Positions 51,498-63,613 of a DNA stretch of 64,000 nucleotides are shown here, piece by piece. Location: NCBI GenBank assembly GCA_026023565.1, contig JAPETS010000021.1:434001-498000 (forward strand), read 5' to 3'. Within the stretch, counting starts at the first letter, position 1. The number at the start of each line of letters is the position of its first letter. The DNA comes from Cirrosporium novae-zelandiae. Taxonomy: Eukaryota. A program made the translations under genes and the position numbers. The notes beneath the pieces are model-generated. The model had not been told where the DNA came from. It saw only the letters and a program-made list of their open reading frames with translations, and made no database searches.

Positions 51498-53057
51498 CTA
51501 CTGTACCGATTCCCTAGACCTCCACCTTTGAATCCCGACCCCGTCTCCTTCGAAGCTATTCCTCCTACCCCAATTCTTAGGCTGTCGTTTCAAAAACGCG
51601 CCCACGGCCCCTAAATACCCTTCGTGCCGCAAGAAAAACGCCCTCTTCTGGCCTTGAGACCAGAATTTGATGGCGTAGGAGAGGGTGTACATGGTTTGGC
51701 GGTGACCGCGGATAAAGGAGCCGCCAAAGTAGATATCGTTGATGGAGTGCTTTTCGGATTGTAGGTAAGCGATCTGGCCAATGTTATTGGAGATTGCGTA
51801 TAGGAGACTGCGGCTTATGTCTTCAGGTTTAAAGCGGTTGGATGGAGTACTGGTGTTGTTGTTGTTGTTGGCTGTGTGGTTGGCTTCTTCTTCTTGAGAT
51901 GATGACCGGGGGTCCGGATCGTGGGTCATAAGCCCGTTTCCGTCTTCCGCACTTTTCTCCGCGAGGCGTTTGGTTTTGAAGACTTTGCCAAAGGTACTTG
52001 CGATAGCAGTGCTTTTAAGGCCAATTTTAGTGTAGTCGGTTCCGTAGATGTCTCCGACCAGCATGTCCACGGCCGTGTTATCGCCTTTGTCGGCGAATGA
52101 GAGCATCTCGTCGAAGGTGCGAGCACCAGTGAGTAGAGAGAGAAGACCCCATAGCGTGCCGCCACCGAGGGAGGTACCGCCAACCCGAAGGAACTGGGTG
52201 GGCCCTGAGACTTTAATCACAGAAACTCCCGAGCCAATGTTCACGAGCAGATAGGGATATACGGTTCGGGTGCTCGTGTCGACAAATTGCATCGGGTCCG
52301 TGTCGCTGTAGGAGAAGACCTCGCGCGGAATTTCTGTGATGAAGAAATCGAGGCCAATGATCAAGCATTCCATTTCCTCTTCTCGGACGATTTCCACCCC
52401 GAGGAGTTCTTTCATTCTTTCAAAGTACTTGTAGGCACCCCCACCCGTGGCCACCACGCATAGATCGCTTTTGCGTGACCCATTGAGCTTCTGATGTCGG
52501 GTCTGAAGCTTCTTGATGAAATTGAAACATAGTTCAATATTGTCTGATTCAAATTTGATGAAGTTTAGACGGCCACCGGGGTCGGTTGGAGAAGGCTCTC
52601 GTGTGAAATATACCAGCTTGGCGAGGGAACCACCGATCTATGCAATGCAGTGGAAATTAGTTAGTATCTCTCGCTTTAATTGATCGCGTGCTCGATAGAT
52701 TTATCGAGGACAAAAAAGAGTGGGTGGACGAACATCAACTGCGACATGACTGACAACCTTGTCGTGAAAAGGAAGTCTAATGTCCTTATTCTCATAATGG
52801 ATTCCATTCTCCTCGGTAGGAGATTCTTGCTCGCCACCAGAATCCTCATCGACGATAAAGGCACCTTCAACATTAATCTTGACAGATCCAGGATGTGAAA
52901 TGGCTTTATCGAGTCGGCGAAATTTGGCCGAACCTTCCGAATTTCCTCTTTCGTCTCCTGCAGGCCTGAGGCCATCCTCCACCACCACCGCTGTTCCATC
53001 CCCATCCACCATTGCTCCAGACATTTGGGCCAGCTGCCGCGTGTTGCTTGTCGACAT
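51498..53057 (-). CDS. CAB1: Type II pantothenate kinase (CoA biosynthesis step 1)
   Basis: VAVD|IGGSLAKLVYF across intron 52733..52638; ATGGGAYK, EMECLIIG, YPYLLVNIGSGVS, RVGGTSLGGGT, VDMLVGDIYG and FLRHEGYLGAVGA. Confidence 0.97.
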
Positions 53058-55101
53058 GGGTCACTTTCGATATTAAAAAATAAATACATAAAAGACGTGT
53101 GGCTTTTACGGGACTGATTCCATATGTTGATTTCTGATTCAATGCTCCGGCGTTCCCATGAAACAAATAGATGACCATCTGCCGGGCGTGCCTAGGCTTA
53201 CAGCGTAGACATGATTCCAATGTCCTACTCACGGCCCTCCCCAACACCCCCCCCAACACCCTCTAGATGATGAGCGCAGACGGCTTTCCTTCTATCCGGG
53301 TCAGCAGCAATAGCTTTTAACAAAACAATAACGTCCAAATTAATCCTATACATACAGTCATCCTGACCTGGTGCTGATCTGTGCCTTGTACTACTTTGCC
53401 TCAAACTCCAACTTACTAAGTAGATTCAATTGGCTCCATGCATGACATGCTTTTCATCCTCTCACCCACCTCCTAGAATAGACGGATTACAAACTAGCCT
53501 ATTGATTATCCCATCTGACTGCTTCTTTTTTTTCTCCCTTCTCTGTTGTATTGCTTTTTCCCATGTTACCGTTTAACATGCTAGACTTTCATGCAAATTC
53601 CCTCCAAAAGCCTTCGAGAACTTGATACATATGGCTTGTCGTACAATGAAACATGGCGAATGAACGCCTCTTGCAATTCCAAATCCTCCTTTATGCCAGA
53701 TCTGTTCCAAGAGCCGAATTTACCTGTACCATAAGACAATGTGGGAAACATGTTACGCTGTTGATATAAAGGAGCCTCTCGAAGGATCATATTGGTCGAC
53801 AGCAGTAGGCTTCTCCTTGCTGTGCTCCAGAGTAGTTTGATATGGATATTGCAATTGCTATACGGTTTCTGTCGCTGGTCCGATATCGGATATTTTTTAA
53901 GATTATCAACAATATCAGATACAGTATAAAGTCTCTCAACATTCATCAACATCAATGAAGATTGGTCAAAGATTTTTCTTCTTCGTCCAAGAAACCCACT
54001 TGTCTTGTCTAGGCAGCATAAGGGAAGATGGGTGGTGATAGCCAGTCGAAAAAAAAACCATGAAACAAAAAGGAGACACAATGATACTGAATATGGATGA
54101 ATCGTACAGAATTTTGGTGGTGGTTGAATGATCGCCTTGTTTGGTTTCACGATCGAGATAAGATCTAGGGAATTATCTATCTCGCATATAGAAGAAGAAG
54201 AATAGATATGCATTGATAAACGCCCAATTAGGTCAAATAGGTGATTTATTGTTTTATTCACATGACATAATATCGGCGGATCCGAGAAAATTTTGTTCAT
54301 CCTTCAAAATTGACTATCCTTCTGGCATAACCCAGCTAAAACTACGTGACTTGATATAACCATCATTGTCGAGCATGGCTGGGCATCACTGCAGTTGCAC
54401 AGGAAAATATGCGCAAGGCAAGGTGCAGTGACCTCGACACCTGGGGCTGCAAGGCGTTCTTTGCCCGACCGTCAATTATGGCAGGTATAGGTCCTGGGCC
54501 CTTGTGGCTGGCTACCTTGCTTTAAACACACTACCATACAGAAGACAACAATCCTTTACATTCTGCATTATTCATTTACGGATGGTACCAGTCAATCGAG
54601 AGTACAAGCAATTGGTCTTGTCGAAAGCTAGTAGTATCTAATTCATTCCCCTACCGATAGATAGACAAAGAGACATCCCATAAGTTTTTTTCCCCACCAT
54701 GATCCTTCAGAATCTAAAGGCCTGAAAAAAAAAAGCCTGCTTTTTTGGAAATCAAAATTCTATCAACCAGGCAGCCACCAACTTTTTTTTTTGTTAGAAA
54801 GCTTTCCCTCCCTGCTCACCGCAATGAATCAAGTGGGTGTGTGTGCAAAAGTTCCAAGACCCAAACCGCCTAAATAAAATGCAATCATAGGTTTTGGTGG
54901 GGTGTGAAGGCATGAAACAACCCAACCAAACCGACCATGACCGTGATAATCGTCAAGGGAATCTCAATGATGCGCAATGCGTGTGTGTCCGTGATCATAT
55001 CTCATCAAAATGCATGTAGTAGTCGTAAGTTTAAACGCAAGGAAAAACATAACGGGTGCGTTGGGTTTATCCACATCATAAATCATCTATCGTATGCTTC
55101 C

Positions 55102-56142
55102 TCAATCATCCGTATCCGTACCCGTATCCTTGGAGCAGCCACATGTGAGGATGCCAAGCGTAATGCTTGAAAGCGTCCTTTTATGTCGCTCGTTTTTACG
55201 GCTTCCTTTTTCTGATGGCTCTTTGGTAGACCCTTCTCTCGACTTTCCCATCGGTAAATGAAAAGTTGAAGTCATGGAGCGGATCCGGGCTGCAAGCTTC
55301 TCGTCCTCATCATCTTCCCAAACCGACTTTTCCTGCTGCATGACGACAGGAGGTATTACCGTGGGCAGCCTTGGCTCTCTAACTATAGAATCACTGCGGA
55401 CTCTATTGGGGTTGAGATCTGGTCTCACAGATCGCGCCGTTGGATCTGGAGTCATACACCTCGGTGTTACGGTGTGGTTAGAACTGGCTTGGGATGAGCC
55501 ATGCCGCCGATATTGAGTGGGTGAGCCCAAGAGGTGAGTCCGTGATTGCGTGGATAAAGTAGAGTAAGCAGACTGGGGAGAAAGAGGAGATGTAGAGGTA
55601 ATTGATGATGTTCCAGAAAAATATTGAGGTTCAATAGATGAAGAGTTGCTGGCTCTTTGTCCTAGATCTAAACTCCCCTGGCGGTAGTCGCTGGATAGGG
55701 ATATATCCCGTAGATGTGAAAGATTATTAGGGACGGTGTAGTCACTGTGATGTGATGGAGCATATGTCGAGAAAAGAGGGTCGTGTGGTCCTTGAGTATA
55801 GTCGTTGGACTCTGATCCATGAGAAGAATTCATAAAAAGCTGTTGTCCATACACTGCAGTTTCTCTGCGGATAGAAGAAAATGAAGATCCCCCAGGACGT
55901 TGTGATGACGTGCAAGTTTTCCTCATGGTAACGGGGGCGTCTAAAGGGGAAGTATATTTTTTTTCTGGCGGGTTGTTGAAACGAACGGTCCTATCCAAGC
56001 CGTGTTCTCGTGGGGTTGTCGAATTTGGCGTGTCCTTAGCTTTTTCGAAAGGCGGTTGTCGTCTGAAGTCGATATCGAGTGTGGTGTCATTATCGTGATA
56101 AGATGGTAAACGTGGTGGATAGAAATCTACAATACGGGCCAT
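55102..56142 (-). CDS. Uncharacterised Ser/Pro-rich protein
   Basis: 346-codon ORF from the ATG at 56142 (MARIVDFYPP..) with a protein-like disordered composition; acidic EKSVWEDDEDE motif and CGC near the C-terminus. Confidence 0.65.
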   Translation of the reverse strand: MARIVDFYPPRLPSYHDNDTTLDIDFRRQPPFEKAKDTPNSTTPREHGLDRTVRFNNPPEKKYTSPLDAPVTMRKTCTSSQRPGGSSFSSIRRETAVYGQQLFMNSSHGSESNDYTQGPHDPLFSTYAPSHHSDYTVPNNLSHLRDISLSSDYRQGSLDLGQRASNSSSIEPQYFSGTSSITSTSPLSPQSAYSTLSTQSRTHLLGSPTQYRRHGSSQASSNHTVTPRCMTPDPTARSVRPDLNPNRVRSDSIVREPRLPTVIPPVVMQQEKSVWEDDEDEKLAARIRSMTSTFHLPMGKSREGSTKEPSEKGSRKNERHKRTLSSITLGILTCGCSKDTGTDTDD

Positions 56143-58945
56143 TTTGGGGCAAACGAGTGAAGAATGGAATGAATTACCTGCGGTCGTTCGAGGCAACACA
56201 CAACGCAGTAATCAAGTGAGAAATGTGGGAATGTGGGGAGGCAATGTTTATATGAAATTTATCAATTAAGCTCAGGCGTCACACAAGAATGTAGTCTGGA
56301 CTAGCAGATGAGTGGCTGGAGGGGGAATTGGCAGAACTGGCCATCAGAGACACCCGTTTACGAATATGGACGTCTTGCATTAGTATGGATAAGATGATTA
56401 ACGAATGAGAAAAAACATATGCAAGCCTTGACCCAAGGCTATGGTGACGGACCATCATCCAGAAAGCCGATTAGCAGTAAGGACGAACCAAGCAGAGGAT
56501 TGATTAGATGTAATGCCAGATAGATAATTATGCTGCTAGATCTCAGAGGATCTTCGTAGCCACTGACCACTAGATGCTCAAACCCTTGACGGCAAGTTCG
56601 TAAATGCTTGCTCCGATCAAGAGATGAGAGAGGTCGATTAATGATCACATGCATAAAGGAACCAAATGCCAGCTTGAATGATATGGATAGACGTTGATGG
56701 TTCATATGCAAATGCCAGGCTGCGCTTGACTTGGGATTTGACCATGGCAGCCATGGCAGACCTAGACAGATGCCAGGGTAACATTGGTTCGTATTGTTTG
56801 TTGCAAAGGGGAGGATGGATTTGAACTTGGAGCCAGGGCTTGGAATTTCTGGCTTGGAGAGGGGAAGAGTTGCAGGTTCATCTGCAATAGCCATCAGGTC
56901 CTTGATGATAAATTCCCCTGCATGCCAAGTACGAACCAGATAGCTCAAATCAGAAAATGAGAAGACGCCTTTTATTATTAACAGACATGATTTTGAACAC
57001 TTGACCAACATTTCATCGTCTATTTTGTCTGGTACTTTTTTTATTTGCATCAAATATAATCTGCCGTTTATTGATCAGCACCGGTTAGGTGGTTCCCCAG
57101 GGAAGATGTGAGCGAACGCCTACCTATTATTAAGATAATACGAGTTGTCTAGTTACTTTTGCTTGACAGAAAACAGACAATCACTAATTAAGATGGGAAA
57201 TAATGAACAAAAAGAGGATAAATATGGATCCAAGAGGACGGAACTGGAGCTGGTATCGGTCGGTGTTTATGATATTTCCTATTTCCTATTCTATTTCCCG
57301 AGACATTAGATGATAAACAATTAATAGATTAAGGGACCAGATATCATTTGTAGGACATATATAGCAGCAGGAACAGAAAAGAGAAAGTTTTTTTTTTTGT
57401 CACAGATTGAGATCATGGGAGCTTTTTGAAGGTTGATGATTTGGGAAGTTTGGAGCTTGGAGGGGTTTTTTTGGTTCCCTCGGTTTTTTTTTTTTCATAT
57501 TTAATAATGAATTTTGGTTGATTGGTGATTGGATTGAAGAATTAAATTATCCGAAACCGAGTTTTAATCAACTGATCTGATTTCTTATGATTGGATGCAT
57601 AAATGCGGGAAGCGGCGTCAAGCCACTTCTTGATTTTCACAACTACTCCAACACCTTCTAACAGCTCTAAGACCTCCAAAAAACACCTCTTAACATCTCC
57701 AGCTTACCAACAGCACGTCACTTTCAGAGTTCATCCATGGTCAATACTTTCCTTATTCTAGACTAACTGGATTTCTTCCCTGTCAAAATTCAAAGCAAGA
57801 CATTTCAACCCAAAAAGACAATTCCAAACGATGTGTAATTATGTATGTAATGTATCTAATTTGTGTAATATGTGTATGTAGTGTAATGTGTAATCGAGAA
57901 CTAACCACCTTGGAGAAGTTACATGCAAATAATTAAAGATATGATAATTAATAAAGGATGAAATAAATGAATAGATGAATAAGAAAAGGAGAGTTGAGCC
58001 GAGAGAGAAAGAGAAATTAAGGATGCGGGATATTATCCAATGCATCTAATTACAATGTAGGTACAAGTACAGTAACGAAGTACCTGGAGGTACAGTACTC
58101 GAGTAATTAGTTTACCAATCTTTGTATCCGTAAATTTTATCCAACCGACACCAAGTGTGCCACCAGACATGTTCAACAAGTCCAGTCCAACAATCCAACA
58201 ACAATTCAATGAATTCAACCCCGACAACAAGCAAAACCTGCCATTTTTCCTTTTCTCCTTTTCTCCTTTTCTCCATTCCATTTCCCCTTTTTTTTTTTCT
58301 TTCGTCTGATTAACTATCTTCTAGAAAATACAAAAAAAATAGCAGGAATGATTATTGTAAATTCAATAAATCTTCTTTTGGGAGAAGAGAGAGAGTTGTA
58401 ATCGCCAAGGTTATTGTTACACCCACCCCCTGGCCATAAATCGATCCGAATTGCCAACGCATACACTCGATCCCAGCCACCCATATCAGCAGCAAATCGA
58501 GGCAAAAAAAAAATCGTCTCTTTCTTCCCAGGAAAAAAAAAAACCAATACTCTTTCCCCTGGTAAAGCCTTGTTTGGTTTTCTTGAGGCCTAATCTTCGC
58601 CTCAATGCATCATTCAATTACCTGACCTCTTCAATTGACCGCCTAGATCTTGCCTGGTTGTCGTCCACAGCTAAATTTCCCATTCAAACCCAAGCAGAAA
58701 AAGCTGTCGGTGACGTGGGAACTTCGGCCCCGGCCTTTTTGTCCTGCTGCTCTAATTCAAGTCAAGTCAAGCAACAAAAAAAACATAATGAGCTTCATCT
58801 GCTCTAGTATATCCATAGAACTGCAACCACAACCACAACCAACTACCCTCAATTTTCACTTCTATTTTCCAACACCGTAGCGACATTCAAATAATTAGTC
58901 TTCCTATTCAACTACCTCATTTGGTGCCTTAGAGTTGATCTTGGT

Positions 58946-58990
58946 CCCCCCCCCCCCTCCCCCCGTAAGGGAGAGAGAGAGAGAGAGAGA
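58946..58990. repeat. Poly-C tracts followed by (GA)10
   Basis: C12-T-C6, then GTAAGG, then (GA)10, upstream of the 59.5-kb gene. Confidence 0.85.
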
Positions 58991-59505
58991 AAAGAGGACG
59001 AGATAGCAACAATACAACTCTATAAGCTCCAACTTCAGCAACACTACTCACCTTTAACTCGAGCAATATCCATTTCAGATGAGACTAGACGCGATCCACT
59101 TTCGATTTTCACACTTTCTCAAAGTGCCACCATATCATGATATCCTCAGTCTGATGTGGTTCGTGCTTATTGATATTTCAATTGGTGGTTCAATCGTGTA
59201 AGTCGCTTCCCCAGCCATCTCGTACATGAACATTGGTCCAGCCTCACGATTATTTTTTCCCAACCTCTCAAATGTCACAATTAGCTCCTAATTATTCTTT
59301 TTACCAATATTCTGGAAACCCTCCGAACTTACATAATTTTTTCCCTGCCAGACCTGATATCCATTGCTCCAAATTCCGCATTCCTCGACAACTTTTGCCG
59401 GCCGATTCAACCGAAGCTTCACTTTTCGCGTCTTTTCAATTGGAAAACTTATAGAACGCGCTCGCATTGTCGTCTCGACTACAATCTTCCCCTCCATCTT
59501 ACAAG

Positions 59506-62055
59506 CTGTCTCAAGAAGGCCAGGCAGTCTTTGACGAGTCTCACGAAATTTACGACCCTTTTACGCAGCCTTTACGACAACGCCAGCAGCAGCAACAGTT
59601 TTCTCAGATACATACCCCTCCGCGTCCATCAAGCTCTTCCGGTGGTAGCATTCGTACACTCAGAAGAACACCTGAAGACAGTAACTTGCGTAGTCGACGA
59701 GCGGCCTCTTTGGATATTGAACCACCTGTCCCTGAGCTTCCAGATCCTCTTCAACCCCGTCCACGGACACCGCGACAACCTCCGAGTGAAGGCAACTCCA
59801 CTACAAGAGAAGCTCCAACCCATAGTTTTGGCCTTGAGTCATATTGGCCGGAGAGGTCTCTACGCGTCTCAGAGCGCACTGCTTCCGCCATTCTGTTCGC
59901 GCTCGAAGAAGCTATAAGAACGCCCTTTCAATTTACACCCGTTGTAGAAGAGGAAAACGCCTCAATGTCAGAGCTCGGCGGAGGGACACCATCATCAGCT
60001 ACTGGTGGAAATGGGCGTGCTCAAAATGGAGGGGTTCGATCGGCTTCTGGACCGGTGCCAGTGTCCCAATATCCTTCCGACCGAGTCCGTACACCTACCG
60101 ATATCATGAGACAACGACGAGACCGGGAAGCAAGGAAAAAAGCGGAACAGGAAGCAAGGCAGCGTGAACAAGAAGAAGAGGAACGACGAAGACATGAAGA
60201 GAGGAGAGCGGCTGCTGCTGGCGTTGGAGGAGATGTAAGTGGTGTGTCCGAAGGGGCCCCACAACGAAGGCCAAGTGCTCCAACTCGGAGAACTGAACCT
60301 GATACTGGCTATATATCAGAGCAAACCAGGAAGCCGACTGAACGAGTGAGCAGTGGCAATCCTCCCAGAGTTAATGTACCAACTGGCGCTCCACAACCTC
60401 TTAATGTCCCCGGCGCGGCTGGTCGCTCGCAGGATCCCAATCCACAGCTACGTGCTGCGGGTGGGAATAATGGAAATGGTGCTGCAGTTCCACCAGCATC
60501 CAGTCGTACACGTGGTACGACACTGTCACAAGGACAGCCAAGACCAGTTTCACAACCGCCTCGAGCGACGTCAGAATCATATAGACCCCAACAAGGTCGA
60601 TCATCGCAAGCAAGGCAGCCATCAGGTGGACGCTCTGCATCACAAGCGCAACCTCCTTTGTCTTCGACCGCTCCCCAAACCCAGGCAAATCAGAATGGCC
60701 ATCCTGTCGGGACATCCAGACAACGCGATCCAACGCAGTCCGCTTTTCCTCATGCTTTTGAACGATGGGAGCAACTCTCTTCGCATTGGGAAGGCCTTAC
60801 TTCCTACTGGATCAGACGGCTGGAGCAGAACGGGGATGAACTGAGCAGAGATCCTTTAAGCCAGCAGTTGTCGCGTCAGATTACTGACCTTTCGGCAGCT
60901 GGGGCCAATCTGTTTCATGCAGTGGTCGAGCTTCAAAGACTTCGAGCTTCATCTGAGCGCAAGTTTCAAAGGTGGTTCTTTGAGACACGATCCGAGCAAG
61001 AACGAGCCCAAGAGATGTTGGCCGAGAAAGAAAACGCGCTGCGAACTGAGCGGCAGGCTCATGCTGATGTAGCCAATACCATATCTAAATTGGAAGCGGA
61101 AAAGAAACAGGCTGAACAAAGACTTAAAGAAATGGGAAGGGAACTGCAGATCTCGAAAGAGGAAGCGAGGAGAGCTTGGGAAGAGCTTGGACGAAGGGAA
61201 CAGGAAGAGAGAGATCGAACACTGTCGCTACGAAATGGGGAACCAACGCTCGTTGGGGGCGTTCAAGTAGTGCCCATGATGCAAGGTGTTCCGGCCCGGC
61301 AAGGGAGCGTCGCCCGACCTCCCACTCGAGAGGGTCCGTATGCTGGTGGCCCAAGTCCTACTACAATGGGCGGACAACCAGCGAGGCCTGTAGAGATAGA
61401 AAGAGAGATATCGCCAACAAACACAGATCCATTCGTAGAGGAACAGGAGAGTCAACCTCCGCTTCATCAGGAGCCACCCGAATCTCCTGCGACTCCAACT
61501 CAGCAAATGCCCGGAGCCATGGAAGAACAAACGGAGACTACTTCCACGTCGTCAACCCCAGTTGCATATTTCTCTCAAGCACCACCACAACCGGCTTCAA
61601 CTGCTCCTTTTTATCAGCAAGAAAGTACTGCTCTTGAGGAGCCTCGAAGTGTATCTGAAGCTGAAGAACGGTCGTATGTTCCTTCGTCTGTGGGTGGAAG
61701 TGAAGATGATTACGAATATGACGAGGGTGAACAACCGCGACGATATGAGCAACCAGTAGGATCTGAAAATAGCGACGAATATGATGTATCAGAACAACAG
61801 GAACGGGAAAAGGAATACAGCCAACGATATGGGGGAATAAGCGGGGTCGAATATGGGTCGGGATCTACCAGCACTACCTCGAGTGGGCCATTTGGCTACG
61901 GCATGTCTGTTCCAGATTACAGTGGATCCGATTATGGAATGGGTACAGGATGGGAAGCGGTTCCCAGACATCATCATCCCACCCGATTAAGTGATGTCCT
62001 CGAGGAAGATGAGAGGAGCCGGACGAGCCCTAGTCGTGCAAGTTCAGCGAGGTAG
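59506..62055 (+). CDS. Conserved fungal coiled-coil/disordered protein; first AUG at 59965, probable upstream near-cognate start (CTG 59506)
   Basis: Stop-free frame 59455-62055. Motifs FPHAFERWEQLSSHWEGLTSYWIRRL, DLSAAGANLFHAVVELQRLRASSERKFQRWF, ELQISKEEARRAWEELGRREQEER and HHHPTRLSDVLEEDE. The start position is inferred. Confidence 0.8.
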   Translation: MSQEGQAVFDESHEIYDPFTQPLRQRQQQQQFSQIHTPPRPSSSSGGSIRTLRRTPEDSNLRSRRAASLDIEPPVPELPDPLQPRPRTPRQPPSEGNSTTREAPTHSFGLESYWPERSLRVSERTASAILFALEEAIRTPFQFTPVVEEENASMSELGGGTPSSATGGNGRAQNGGVRSASGPVPVSQYPSDRVRTPTDIMRQRRDREARKKAEQEARQREQEEEERRRHEERRAAAAGVGGDVSGVSEGAPQRRPSAPTRRTEPDTGYISEQTRKPTERVSSGNPPRVNVPTGAPQPLNVPGAAGRSQDPNPQLRAAGGNNGNGAAVPPASSRTRGTTLSQGQPRPVSQPPRATSESYRPQQGRSSQARQPSGGRSASQAQPPLSSTAPQTQANQNGHPVGTSRQRDPTQSAFPHAFERWEQLSSHWEGLTSYWIRRLEQNGDELSRDPLSQQLSRQITDLSAAGANLFHAVVELQRLRASSERKFQRWFFETRSEQERAQEMLAEKENALRTERQAHADVANTISKLEAEKKQAEQRLKEMGRELQISKEEARRAWEELGRREQEERDRTLSLRNGEPTLVGGVQVVPMMQGVPARQGSVARPPTREGPYAGGPSPTTMGGQPARPVEIEREISPTNTDPFVEEQESQPPLHQEPPESPATPTQQMPGAMEEQTETTSTSSTPVAYFSQAPPQPASTAPFYQQESTALEEPRSVSEAEERSYVPSSVGGSEDDYEYDEGEQPRRYEQPVGSENSDEYDVSEQQEREKEYSQRYGGISGVEYGSGSTSTTSSGPFGYGMSVPDYSGSDYGMGTGWEAVPRHHHPTRLSDVLEEDERSRTSPSRASSAR

Positions 62056-62542
62056 TTCTTGGGTTTAGCATGGTGTTTATGGGAAATAAATCATGGTTCG
62101 GCTAGTCTATGGGGAGCGTGTTCAGCACGTCCCCGTGGAGGGGTAATTTCTTTTGTTCATAATAGGGCTGGGAATGAGCTTGGCCTGAATGATTTTGAGG
62201 ATCACGTCAGGGAATTTGCTGACGATACTGTAATGTATGCAAAGTGGTAGAGGTTATGAAAGCAATAAGATTCAACGAGTATCGGTGGGCTTGGACATTC
62301 TTGAGATAAAGAAATATTTAGTAATAATAACAGCTCCAATGATTTGGGGTAAGAAGATGGTGATCGGCGAACTTGTGGAGAATTTTCCGTCGTCTGGACC
62401 TGAACCGAATGTGCCCTCGGCCTATTAGGAATTATGGGATGATGACTTTCGTAGCTTTCTAATTGACTTACATTTGCTTGCTTAACCCCCCGAATTACCC
62501 TGCATTCGATTTACCTGCATTGATTCCGGATAGCTGAATTAG

Positions 62543-63613
62543 ATGGCTCACTGCTTGGGGAGTTCCACATCTGTGGTATATAATATCGCCAAGCTGTCTC
62601 TTCGGAATCCGGGACGGAATGTTCTCCTACCAACCAGATATTTAACCCAAGCTCCTCGAGCTTTCAGCACATCGAGATGCCAGTCAAACTTCCCTTACAA
62701 TTGCAGATTGTCAACTCTTCCAGAGTCATGCCGCTCAAAATGTCTGAGTTCGAAGCTCTCGACCTCAAAGAGGTCATTCAGCTCCACTCCAACCAAGAAA
62801 TACAAGACAATACAGGAGGCTCGCTCGCGCTACCGCTCCGGTGTATGGTAAATCCCTTCTCTGTACTCCTGCAACTTACACTAACGATTATGTGCCTTAG
62901 CCATTCTCGGTGACCTCTGCTCTGGTCTTCATCGTAGTCGGCGCCGGTTTGATTGTATATTTCCGCTTTGAAAAAGCGCGGATGGAAAGGGAACACATCG
63001 CAAATATGAACAAAGGTGTCGGGAAGCCCAAAGTTGGTGGTCCGTTCGAGCTTGTAGATCAAGAAGGTCGTCCTTTCACCCACGAAAATCTGAAGGGGAA
63101 ATACGCACTCATCTATTTCGGCTTTACACACTGCCCTGATATATGCCCAGAGGAACTAGATAAAATGGCCGAAATGATCGATATGGTGCGGAATAAATGT
63201 GGAAACGTTATGCTTCCCATTTTTATTACATGTGATCCGGCCAGAGATACACCAGAAGTTATAAAAGAATATCTCATAGAATTTCATCCCAAGTTGATTG
63301 GGCTGACAGGGACGTGGCAACAGATCAAAGACGTCTGCAAGGCTTATAGGGTATACTTTAGTACACCCTCAAACGTGAAAGCCGGCGAGGATTACTTGGT
63401 GGATCATAGTATTTATTTCTACTTCATGGGTATGCAGCCTGGACATTTCCTTATATCGATCCTCTAACCCTCAGTCTATAAGCTAACGAAATTCTTCTAG
63501 ATCCTGATGGAGATTTTGTCGAGGCCGTCGGGAGACAGCACACGGCCGAACGTGGGGCACAAATCATGATTGATCATATCAAGGATTGGCGTGGAAAACT
63601 TAGGAAGGACTGA
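62543..63613 (+). CDS. SCO1: Cytochrome c oxidase copper chaperone Sco1
   Basis: Mitochondrial presequence, one TM helix, VGGPFELVD, YFGFTHCPDICPEEL (CxxxC), DPARD and DYLVDHSIYFYFM|DPDGDFVEA. Introns 62842-62900 and 63429-63500. Confidence 0.97.

Noticed and set aside
56439..57053. 204-aa ORF on the - strand
   Set aside because: No motif, atypical composition and no supportable splice link to the 56142 gene; left unannotated.
62056..62250. In-frame 64-codon ORF after the TAG of the 59.5-kb gene (readthrough extension)
   Set aside because: The stop context is not a known leaky one, there is no PTS1-like ending, and this length can occur by chance.
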